From positions 4,640,001-4,704,000 of the forward strand of contig OZ253564.1 of assembly GCA_965262915.1 (NCBI GenBank): a stretch of DNA of 64,000 bases, read 5' to 3'. This stretch comes from Candidatus Spongiisociaceae bacterium. GTDB lineage: Bacteria > Actinomycetota > Acidimicrobiia > Spongiisociales > Spongiisociaceae. The notes beneath the pieces were generated by a model, which was not told the DNA's origin, did not search any database, and was given only the letters and a program-made list of their open reading frames with translations. Shown in pieces: positions 1 through 7,703 of this stretch. The position numbers and the translations under genes were made by a program. Every line of letters begins with the position of its first letter. The first letter of the stretch is position 1.

Positions 1-888
1 GTCCCCACCCACTATCCCCAGGTAGATGTCCTCGAGGCTGGGCCGGGTTACTTCCAGACCGGTCAACTCCAGACCCCGGCCGGTGGCCCAACCGGTGAGC
101 CTGTACAACGTGGCGGTCGGATCGGTCGTGCGGTACGTCACGCTGTGCCCGACCACTTCGGGAGTGTCCGCCAGGGCGGGCAGGTCTGCCGCGTCGATAA
201 GACTGAACCGGATGGTCGTCACCGGTCTGGCTTCGCCCAACGTTTCGGGGGTGCCTTCGGCGACGATCCTCCCCCCGTCTAGCACGGCTATCCGGTCGGC
301 TAGGTGCTGGGCCTCGTCGAGGTAGTGGGTGGTCAGCAGAATGGTCTTGCCCAGGGCGGTCAGCCCCTCAACCAGTTTCCAGGACTTGCGGCGGGCGGCC
401 GGGTCGAATCCCGTAGTCGGCTCATCGAGGAAGATCAGATCCGGATCACCGACCAAACCGAGGGCAAGGTCGAGCCGGCGGCGCTGACCCCCCGACAGGG
501 TCTTGATGCGGGCGTCGGCCTTCTCCTCCAGCCCCACCAGGGAGATCAGCTCGTCCGGCCGGCGCCGGCGCCTATACGATGCGCCGTACAGGTCGATGGT
601 CTCCCGAACGGTCAACGCCTGTTCGATCCCCGTCTCTTGGAGAACGATCCCGATCCGGTCTCGGAACTCGCTCCCGCCTGTCGCCGGGTCGTAGCCCAGG
701 ACATCGATCTCCCCGCGGTCGGCCCGTCGGTAACCCTCCAGTATCTCGACCGCCGTGGTCTTGCCGGCCCCGTTGGGACCCAGCAACGCCAACACCTCGC
801 CTTCGGCCACGGTGAAGCTCACTCCGTCGAGCGCCACGACCGTTCCGTAACGTTTGGCTAGATCATTGACCGTTATGGCGGAAGGCAT
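1..888 (-). CDS. ABC transporter ATP-binding protein (ABC-2/DrrA-like), 3' end runs off the window
   Basis: Manual minus-strand translation from ATG at 888: MPSAITVNDLAKRYG...GPNGAGKTT (Walker A), LSGGQRRR signature, LIFLDEPTTG (Walker B), TTHY H-loop. Missing from the ORF track because there is no stop in the window. Confidence 0.93.
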   Translation of the reverse strand, partial: MPSAITVNDLAKRYGTVVALDGVSFTVAEGEVLALLGPNGAGKTTAVEILEGYRRADRGEIDVLGYDPATGGSEFRDRIGIVLQETGIEQALTVRETIDLYGASYRRRRRPDELISLVGLEEKADARIKTLSGGQRRRLDLALGLVGDPDLIFLDEPTTGFDPAARRKSWKLVEGLTALGKTILLTTHYLDEAQHLADRIAVLDGGRIVAEGTPETLGEARPVTTIRFSLIDAADLPALADTPEVVGHSVTYRTTDPTATLYRLTGWATGRGLELTGLEVTRPSLEDIYLGIVGGD

Positions 889-937
889 ACGAAGGGAAGG
901 ATAGCCCCGGCGTGAAGCTGTGAGAAAAGACCCGGGG

Positions 938-1013
938 TGGTGGCCAGGCCCGGCGTCGATCCGGGGACCTCTGCTTTTTCAGAGCAGCGCTCTACCGACT
1001 GAGCTACCTGGCC
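938..1013 (-). tRNA. tRNA-Phe(GAA)
   Basis: Reverse complement GGCCAGGTAGCTCAGTCGGTAGAGC...CT-GAA-AA...CCTGGCCACCA folds as a cloverleaf with encoded CCA. Confidence 0.96.
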
Positions 1014-1022
1014 GTTACCTAC

Positions 1023-1050
1023 GAGGACCGACCCGCGCTGGTCGGTCCTC
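1023..1050. other. Perfect 11-bp hairpin in the tRNA-Asp/tRNA-Phe spacer
   Basis: GAGGACCGACC-CGCGCT-GGTCGGTCCTC. Confidence 0.7.
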
Positions 1051-1052
1051 CG

Positions 1053-1130
1053 TGGCGGGGACGACGGGATTTGAACCCGCGACCTCCGGCTTGACAGGCC
1101 GGCGTGAACTCCAGGCTTCACCACGCCCCC
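1053..1130 (-). tRNA. tRNA-Asp(GTC)
   Basis: Reverse complement GGGGGCGTGGTGAAGCCTGGAGTTCACGCCGGC-CTGTCAA-GCCGG...GGTTCAAATCC...CGTCCCCGCCA. Confidence 0.96.
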
Positions 1131-1192
1131 GTACAATCCCCCAGGATACCGCGATTCCGTACGGTAATCCAGAGGACCCGGTTGGAACGAGC

Positions 1193-1198
1193 ATTATA
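1193..1198 (-). promoter_or_regulatory. Putative -10 box of the tRNA-Asp/Phe promoter
   Basis: Perfect TATAAT on the minus strand about 60 nt upstream of tRNA-Asp. Confidence 0.5.
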
Positions 1199-1262
1199 GG
1201 CCGGCCTCGATTCACCGTCCGTCGGGAATCGCCGTCGACTCCGGGTCGAGCCGGACGACCGA

Positions 1263-1332
1263 GTCGATGACAAAATGCCAGGTCAGCGGATGACGGGCCA
1301 ACTATCTACCCGTTTTGCAGCACCCTCCTCGG
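1263..1332 (-). mobile_element. MITE/IS end fragment (CTAGGAG-type family), overlapping the vapC 3' end
   Basis: Reverse complement CCGAGGAGGGTGCTGCAAAACGGGTAGATAGTTGGCCCGTCATCCGCTGACCTGGCATTTTGTCATCGAC is near-identical to 6787-6856 and similar to 14398-14468. Confidence 0.8.
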
Positions 1333-1737
1333 ACGAGGAAGTCGGCCGGTGGCAGGGAACACCTCGATTTCATAAGGGGCGAAGGCTGAATCGGCAGTCA
1401 TGATCGGAACCCCGAGTTCCATAGCCTGGGCAACCAACAACCGATCAAACGGATCCCGATGATGGAGGGGCAGTCCTTCGACACGGAGCGCGTGAACGTG
1501 CTCGATCGCCACGGGCGTGAGACCACTCGTCCGGATGCGATCCGTGACATAGTGAGATGGCAGATCGGGGAGAGATAGCCTTCCGAGAGCGTACTTGATC
1601 GCTATCTCCCACGAGCTGACCGCTGAGAAGAGCAGCGTATTCGCACCGTCCCTGAGAGTTGCGCGTGCGGTACTAGACATGCGGGCGGACGACACGTGCA
1701 TCCACAGAAACACTTGGGTATCGAGGAGAATCCTCAC
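1306..1737 (-). CDS. vapC: VapC-family PIN-domain toxin
   Basis: RILLDTQVFLW, SAVSSWEIAIK and HHRDPFDRLLVAQA PIN motifs; overlaps its upstream antitoxin by 4 nt. Confidence 0.93.
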   Translation of the reverse strand: MRILLDTQVFLWMHVSSARMSSTARATLRDGANTLLFSAVSSWEIAIKYALGRLSLPDLPSHYVTDRIRTSGLTPVAIEHVHALRVEGLPLHHRDPFDRLLVAQAMELGVPIMTADSAFAPYEIEVFPATGRLPRPRRVLQNG

Positions 1738-1964
1738 CCTTCGAAATACCTGAGCAGATCATCGGGGAGAAGGTCATTGAAGTTATCGGGCACCTCGAAA
1801 GCGCCGGCATCGCGATCCAGCACGCGGTCGGAGGACTCCTCGATCCCGAGCAGCCTGGCCACCGGCTTCCCACTGCGAGTGATCACGATCTCCTCACCGG
1901 CGTTGACACGTCTTATCAACCTGGAGAGGTTGGTCTTCGCCTCATGTACTCCGACGGCCGCCAT
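1734..1964 (-). CDS. Phd/YefM-family antitoxin
   Basis: VGVHEAKTNLSRLIRRVNAGEEIVITRSGKPVARL is a typical Phd N-terminus; sits directly upstream of vapC. Confidence 0.93.
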   Translation of the reverse strand: MAAVGVHEAKTNLSRLIRRVNAGEEIVITRSGKPVARLLGIEESSDRVLDRDAGAFEVPDNFNDLLPDDLLRYFEG

Positions 1965-2124
1965 ATCCCTCCCTCCTCAGCTCCCAACAGCCTGGCTAAC
2001 TGTTCTAGTCGAGTGTGAAGTCGGACAACACGATCCGGTCCGAGCCTGGTACGCAACAGACTCAACCGGAGGCGGCGGATACCGGCCATCGAGCCGACAA
2101 TACCGGTACTTCTCTATCGATCGC

Positions 2125-3147
2125 TCAATCGAGGAACGAGGCCAGGACCTCCAGCAGGACATCGACATCGTGGTCGTCCACATCGAGATGGGTCACGATA
2201 CGGCACGAGCGCTCGTCCCGGCCGGACATCGCCACGCCGGCTTGGGCGGCCAACTCGAGGAGTCGGGGACCGCTCGGACCTTCCTCCCCGATCCGGAACA
2301 CCACGATGTTGGTCTCGACCGGGAGAACCTCCTCGACCAGTGACATCTCGGACAGGGCCTTCCCGATCCGGGCCGCCCGGGCATGGTCCTCGGCCAGCCG
2401 TTCCACGTGATGGTCGAGGGCGTAGAGACCCATGGCGGCCAAGATGCCCGACTGGCGCATCGCCCCTCCCCACTGCTGCTTCCATCGCCAGGCCTGATCT
2501 ATGAAGTCCCGGCTGCCCGCCAGAACCGCTCCGACCGCGGCTCCGAGGCCCTTGGTCAGATCGATCCAGACGCTGTCCATGCCCCGCGCGAACCGGGCGG
2601 CCGGGACACCGGTGGCCACGACCGCGTTCAGCAGGCGCGCCCCGTCCATGTGGGTGGCCAAGCCGGCGCCGTGGGCTACCTCGACCACCTCGTCGATGAG
2701 TTTCGCCGGCCAGATGGAACCGCCGGCCAGATTGGCGGTCTGTTCGATCGAGACGAGACGCGAGCGGGGCGCGTAGCGGGATGCAGAGCGGATCGCCTCC
2801 CTGACCTGCTCCGCCGTGAAGCGGCCCCGGTCCCCGTCCAAGGTGGAGACCATGACGCCGGAGAGCATCGCCGCACCCCCGGACTCGAAACCCACGATGT
2901 GGCTCGACCGGTCACAGATCACCTCGTCACTGGGCTGGGTATGGACCTTGATGGCGATCTCGTTGCACATGGACCCCGACGGAAGAAAGACCGCCGCCTC
3001 CTTCCCGAGCAGATCGGCCACCCGGCGTTCCAGGAGAATGGTGGTCGGGTCCTCGAACCGCTGCTCGTCACCGACCTCCGCGTCCATGACGGTCGCCAGC
3101 ATCGCCCTGGTGGGCCTGGTCTGCGTATCGGAGTAGAAGTTGTGCAT
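2125..3147 (-). CDS. ltaE: Low-specificity L-threonine aldolase
   Basis: FYSDTQTRPT, VGDE...EDPT, FLPSGSMCN, HMDGARL and DLTKGLGAAVGA motifs; start moved to ATG 3147. Confidence 0.9.
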   Translation of the reverse strand: MHNFYSDTQTRPTRAMLATVMDAEVGDEQRFEDPTTILLERRVADLLGKEAAVFLPSGSMCNEIAIKVHTQPSDEVICDRSSHIVGFESGGAAMLSGVMVSTLDGDRGRFTAEQVREAIRSASRYAPRSRLVSIEQTANLAGGSIWPAKLIDEVVEVAHGAGLATHMDGARLLNAVVATGVPAARFARGMDSVWIDLTKGLGAAVGAVLAGSRDFIDQAWRWKQQWGGAMRQSGILAAMGLYALDHHVERLAEDHARAARIGKALSEMSLVEEVLPVETNIVVFRIGEEGPSGPRLLELAAQAGVAMSGRDERSCRIVTHLDVDDHDVDVLLEVLASFLD

Positions 3148-3148
3148 C

Positions 3149-3312
3149 AGTGGTCTGTCTGTGAAATGGCGTCGGGATGTGCGCCGGCAGCGGCGTTCCT
3201 CGCAAGGCCCGCCGACGAAGGCGTACCGGTAGCGTACATCGAGGAGGCGGAACGCCGCGAGGGGCGCCGCTGGCAAGCAGAGCACGACAGGTTGTTTTGC
3301 AGACAGACCACT
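3149..3312. mobile_element. MITE (family A) with 13-bp perfect terminal inverted repeats
   Basis: AGTGGTCTGTCTG ... CAGACAGACCACT, internal arms GCAGCGGCGTTCCTCGC / GCGAGGGGCGCCGCTGGC, non-coding. Relatives at 20511, 50223 and 52763. Confidence 0.8.
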
Positions 3313-3333
3313 ACCGCCTCCTGGTGAGCTCTG

Positions 3334-4608
3334 TCATCTCCGGGTCACCACCTGCCCGCGCTCGGGGCCGACCGACACCCAGTTCACGGGTACGCCCACG
3401 TGCTCCTCGATGAACCCGATGTACCGGCGGGCCTCGACCGGGAGGTCGTCGAAGTCCCGTGCACCCGATATGTCCTCGTCCCACCCCGCCAACTCGGTAT
3501 AGATCGGCACGCACTTGTACAGGACCCGCTGCTGCCGGGGGAACTCGGTGTAGGTCACGCTGGCCGACGTGTAGCCGGTCGCAACCCTGATCGTATCGAA
3601 TCCGGACAGGATGTCGAGTTTGGTGATGAAGAGATCGGTGAGCGAATTGACCCGCCGGGCGTAGCGAAGAGCCACCAGGTCCAGCCAGCCGCACCGGCGG
3701 CGGCGCCCCGTAACCGTACCGAACTCCCGTCCGACCGTCACCATCCGGTCACCCGACTCATCGAAGAGTTCGGTGGGAAACGGACCGCTCCCGACCCGTG
3801 ATATGTAGGCCTTGGCGACCCCCACCACCCGGTCTATCACCTTGGGACCGACCCCGGAGCCGATCGCGGCACCCCCCGCGGTGGGGTTCGAGGAGGTCAC
3901 GAAAGGATAGGTGCCGTGATCGATGTCGAGCAGCGTGCCCTGCGCACCCTCGAACAGCACGGTCCTGCCGTCCTGGATCGCCTCCCATATCAGGTAGGAG
4001 GTGTCCTCCACCAGCGGCAACAGGCGGTCCGCGTACCCGAGGTACTCCTCGACGATCCCCTCGGCCTTCATCGGCAGCTGGTTGTAGACCCGGGTGAGGA
4101 TCTTGTTCTTCTCCGCCAGGACCGCTTCGAGTTTGTCCCCGAAGATGTCGGGATCGAACAGGTCCTGGACCCGGATGCCGCTACGGGCGACCTTGTCCGT
4201 GTAGGCAGGACCGATGCCCCTCTTGGTGGTTCCGATCCGATTTCGGCCCAGATAGCGCTCCATGACCGTGTCCAGCTTGCGGTGATAGGGCATGATCAGA
4301 TGGGCGTTGCCCGAGAGGCGCAGCCGGGAAGGGTCGATCCCTCGACTCCGGAGCATCCCTATCTCGGCCAGCAGGACCCGGAGATCGATCACCACCCCTG
4401 AGGCGATCACCGGAACCACGCTCGGATACATCACCCCGGAGGGCACCAGCGACAGGGCGAAGCGTTCCGACCCAACGACGATGGTGTGCCCGGCGTTGTT
4501 GCCCCCCTGGTACCGGACCACGTAGTCCGCCTCCCGTGCGAACAGGTCCGTGACCCGGCCCTTGCCCTCGTCGCCCCACTGGGCGCCTACCACTACCGTC
4601 GCCGGCAT
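3334..4608 (-). CDS. purA: Adenylosuccinate synthetase
   Basis: GAQWGDEGKG, GGNNAGHT, GTTKRGIGPAY, FEGAQG, GTYPFVTSS and TVTGRRRRCGW motifs. Confidence 0.98.
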   Translation of the reverse strand: MPATVVVGAQWGDEGKGRVTDLFAREADYVVRYQGGNNAGHTIVVGSERFALSLVPSGVMYPSVVPVIASGVVIDLRVLLAEIGMLRSRGIDPSRLRLSGNAHLIMPYHRKLDTVMERYLGRNRIGTTKRGIGPAYTDKVARSGIRVQDLFDPDIFGDKLEAVLAEKNKILTRVYNQLPMKAEGIVEEYLGYADRLLPLVEDTSYLIWEAIQDGRTVLFEGAQGTLLDIDHGTYPFVTSSNPTAGGAAIGSGVGPKVIDRVVGVAKAYISRVGSGPFPTELFDESGDRMVTVGREFGTVTGRRRRCGWLDLVALRYARRVNSLTDLFITKLDILSGFDTIRVATGYTSASVTYTEFPRQQRVLYKCVPIYTELAGWDEDISGARDFDDLPVEARRYIGFIEEHVGVPVNWVSVGPERGQVVTRR

Positions 4609-4610
4609 CC

Positions 4611-5165
4611 CTACCCTCCGGTCCGGGCAGGCGTATCCCAATCCCGGATATCCCGCCCGGCCTCGATCGAGAGGATATCGAGCGCCGCGGCCGCCCCGTC
4701 GCCTGCCGAGATGATCGCCTGGGCGCGCGCCGGCCGGGTCGCCCTCCCGACCACGTATACCCGGTCCATCGAGGAGCGACCGTTGCGATCCACCACGAAA
4801 GCCCCCGAGTCGTCCTGCTCCAGACCGAGCACCGCGGCCAGCCGCGGTTTGCCACCCTCGGCGAGTACCAGGTAGTCACCCCGGCATTCCCCGCCGGGAT
4901 GGACGACGAAGCCATCCGCACCGGTGGCGATCTGCTCCACCTCCTCCATGACCATCCGGGCACCGAACCCTTGCACCTGGGCGCGGGCGACCTCCTGGAG
5001 GGCGGTGCCGCCGATGTCGGGAGCGCCCAGGTAGTTGTAGAGATGCGCGTAGTTCATACCGGTCCGGTCCATACCGAACACGGTTACGTCCTGGTTGGCC
5101 TTCGCCAGGAACAGGGCGGCGCTCAGCCCTCCGGGGCCATCGCCCACGATGATGATCCTCGCCAT
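4611..5165 (-). CDS. Short FAD-dependent oxidoreductase (thioredoxin-reductase-like FAD domain only)
   Basis: IIVGDGPGGLSAA Rossmann motif, YNYLG, and C-terminal QAIISAGDGAAAALDI. Confidence 0.8.
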   Translation of the reverse strand: MARIIIVGDGPGGLSAALFLAKANQDVTVFGMDRTGMNYAHLYNYLGAPDIGGTALQEVARAQVQGFGARMVMEEVEQIATGADGFVVHPGGECRGDYLVLAEGGKPRLAAVLGLEQDDSGAFVVDRNGRSSMDRVYVVGRATRPARAQAIISAGDGAAAALDILSIEAGRDIRDWDTPARTGG

Positions 5166-5341
5166 GGTCTACCCTCCACCATCTCTCGAACGCCGGCCTG
5201 CTCAGTCGACCGGTTCAAGGGAAGAGGATAGGTAATCGGGTGTGGCATACCGGCGCCGGGGAAGGAAGCCTCCGCCGAGCGGCCGGTTCCGCCCACCCTA
5301 TCCGGAGACCGGAATCGGGTCCTCCTCCTAGAAGATCTCCC

Positions 5342-5593
5342 CGAGGAGGGTGGCGAGAAACCCCTTCACGGCCCGTCGACCGATGACCAAGAGGGCTAGC
5401 GGATAAGTGCTCACCTGGGGAGACACGGACTGCGACATTTCAAGAGCCGCCCGCGATGACCTGGGGTTTCCCGACCAGCAGCCGCCTCGGAATGACCACA
5501 CAGGCGAGCGCGCTCCGCCTATCCGCTAGCCCTCTATGCCTGTTCAGAGGAAGACGGGCCGTTGCTCCCCACCGTTTTGCAGCCCCCTCCTAG
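5342..5593. mobile_element. MITE-like element with nested inverted repeats (CTAGGAG-type family)
   Basis: Ends GAGGAGGGTGGCGAGAAAC / GTTTTGCAGCCCCCTCCTAG; inner pairs ACGGCCCGTC/GACGGGCCGT and AGAGGGCTAGCGGATA/TATCCGCTAGCCCTCT. The ends recur at 40510 and 42729. Confidence 0.75.
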
Positions 5594-5608
5594 CTAGGGT
5601 GACCTCCG

Positions 5609-6790
5609 ATGTCGGTCCGCCGGATAGATCCCGAAGAGAGAAGACGGCGCCTCGCGGTCCGTCATCACCTGCATCCCGATCATCCGGCGGCCTCTCCAAC
5701 CGAAGCGGCCAACAGGCTCGTGGGCCTGCACTCGAGCGACCCGGCCACCGTCTTCCTCTCAGCATGGGCGCGGTCGGCGAAGGTGACCGTCCGCGACCTG
5801 GAGAGATGCCTCTACGACCGGCCCACCCTGTACCGAGTACTCGGCATGCGGCGCACGCTCTTCGCGGTTCCGACCGAGCTGGTTCCGTTGCTCCATCACG
5901 GCTGCGCCCGGAGGCTGGCGCCGGCCGAACGGAAGAGGCTGGTCGGCTACCTGGAGAAGCAGGGTATCGCCGACAAAGGAGAAATCTGGCTGGACCGGGT
6001 GGCAGGGGCGACCCTGGCGGCGATCGCCCGACGTGGGGAGGCCCCGGCGATGGAACTACGCGAGGACGTGCCCGAACTCCGCCTCAGCCTCACCTTCGGG
6101 GAAGGAAAGAAATGGGAAGGCCGGATGGGGATCTCGACCAGGATCCTGTTCCTGCTGGCCGTCGAAGGGCTCATCGTCCGCGGCCGCCCGAGGGGATCCT
6201 GGATCAGCGGCCAGTACCGCTGGGCGACGACCGACTCCCGTATCCCCGGTGGAATCCCCGAACTCGATCCCGCCGATGCCCGCTCCCGGTTGCTGGAGCG
6301 CTGGCTCCTGGCCTACGGGCCGGGAACCGAAGCCGATCTTCGCTGGTGGACCGGATGGCCCCTGCGAGATGTCCGCAAGGCCCTGGGTGCGCTCGACGTG
6401 GCCGAGGTGGAGGTCGACGAAGGACCGGCCTTCGTAATGGGCCACGACCTCGAACCCACCCCGCCACCGCAACCCTGGGCGAACCTGGTTCCATCGCTGG
6501 ACTCGACGGTAATGGGTTGGCGCGATCGCCACTGGTACCTCGGAGAACACTCCGGACGGCTCTTCGACCGGAACGGCAACGCCGGCCCCACCGTGTGGTG
6601 GAACGGTCGGGTGGTGGGAGGATGGGCACAGACCCGCGGCGGCCCCATCGCCTACCGGTTGCTGGAGGACATCGGTGCCCGAGGAGAAGCCCGGGTCGCG
6701 CAACGGGCCTCCGCCCTCGAGGAGTGGATGGGGAACACCCGGGTCACGCCCCGGTTCCGTACCCCCTTGGAGAAAGAACTTGCCTGCTAG
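5609..6790 (+). CDS. Winged-helix HTH_42 (AlkZ/YcaQ-like DNA glycosylase family) protein
   Basis: GLHSSDPATVFLSAWAR, GMRRTLF, WLLAYGPGT, DRNGNAGPTVWWNGRVVGGW and TPRFRTPLE are typical of the actinobacterial HTH_42 family. Confidence 0.85.
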   Translation: MSVRRIDPEERRRRLAVRHHLHPDHPAASPTEAANRLVGLHSSDPATVFLSAWARSAKVTVRDLERCLYDRPTLYRVLGMRRTLFAVPTELVPLLHHGCARRLAPAERKRLVGYLEKQGIADKGEIWLDRVAGATLAAIARRGEAPAMELREDVPELRLSLTFGEGKKWEGRMGISTRILFLLAVEGLIVRGRPRGSWISGQYRWATTDSRIPGGIPELDPADARSRLLERWLLAYGPGTEADLRWWTGWPLRDVRKALGALDVAEVEVDEGPAFVMGHDLEPTPPPQPWANLVPSLDSTVMGWRDRHWYLGEHSGRLFDRNGNAGPTVWWNGRVVGGWAQTRGGPIAYRLLEDIGARGEARVAQRASALEEWMGNTRVTPRFRTPLEKELAC

Positions 6791-6892
6791 GAGAATGCTG
6801 AAAAACGGGTGGATAGTTGGCCCGTCGTCCGCTGACGTGACATGTTGTCATCGACCGTCGGGCCAACAGGGAGTTTCTCAGCACTCTCCTAG
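6787..6892. mobile_element. Complete 106-bp MITE bounded by CTAG at both ends
   Basis: CTAGGAGAATGCTGAAAAAC ... GTTTCTCAGCACTCTCCTAG, inner arm GTTGGCCCG/CGGGCCAAC; the left TAG is the stop codon of the upstream gene. Confidence 0.85.
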
Positions 6893-7022
6893 TTCGTTCG
6901 ACGGCAGAGCCGGCTACTAGAAACCTCGCTCACCCTGCTCTCTCTCCTGAGAACAACGCCGAAGCCCGATCAGCGCGCTTCCTCTCCTCCAACCGCCCGA
7001 ACGGGTAGGTAACCTTCCCGAA

Positions 7023-7703
7023 ATGCCACGTATACGCGCTGCCAGCATCGCCGAGCACAAGGTGATCACCCGGGCCCTCATCCTGGAGATGGCACAGAAA
7101 CTGTTCGCCACCTGGGGCTACGAGGAGACGTCGTTCGGGGACATCGCCGCGGCGGTCGGAATCGGCCGGACCACCCTCTACGACTACTTCACCGACAAGG
7201 ACGACCTGCTGGCATCGCTGGTCGAGGAGACCCTGCCGCCGACCATCCGGAGGATGGTGGAGCAGGTACCCGAGGACATCCCCCCGGCCGAGCGCCTCCG
7301 TCTCCTCGTGATCCGCATGGTCGAGTTCGTGGCGTTGGAGCCGACCCTCGGGTTGCTGCTTCACCGGGAGGTGCCGAAGTTGTCCGCGTCCGCCCAGGAG
7401 CGGGTTGCCAGCGCGCACCAGTCCCTGGCGAGGGAGTTCATCGACACCTACCGGGCGGGTGTGGAAGCAGGCGACCTGAAACGGCTTCCGCCGGGCCTCG
7501 CCGGGCGGTTCCTCAACGACATGACCATGTCGGCCGCCCAGGTCCTGATCGACTCCGAGAACCCGACCGAAGCCCTCCCCACCATCGCCGAGGTGATGGC
7601 GGATCTGCTCTTCGACGGTCTGGCCACCCGCCCGGTGGGTCAGACGAGCGACAACGAGTCCGCTGGCCGGTGGAGAACCGCAACCGTAAGTAACAGATGG
7701 TGA
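7023..7703 (+). CDS. TetR/AcrR-family transcriptional regulator
   Basis: ILEMAQKLFATWGYEETSFGDIAAAVGIGRTTLYDYFTDKDDL HTH. Confidence 0.92.
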   Translation: MPRIRAASIAEHKVITRALILEMAQKLFATWGYEETSFGDIAAAVGIGRTTLYDYFTDKDDLLASLVEETLPPTIRRMVEQVPEDIPPAERLRLLVIRMVEFVALEPTLGLLLHREVPKLSASAQERVASAHQSLAREFIDTYRAGVEAGDLKRLPPGLAGRFLNDMTMSAAQVLIDSENPTEALPTIAEVMADLLFDGLATRPVGQTSDNESAGRWRTATVSNRW

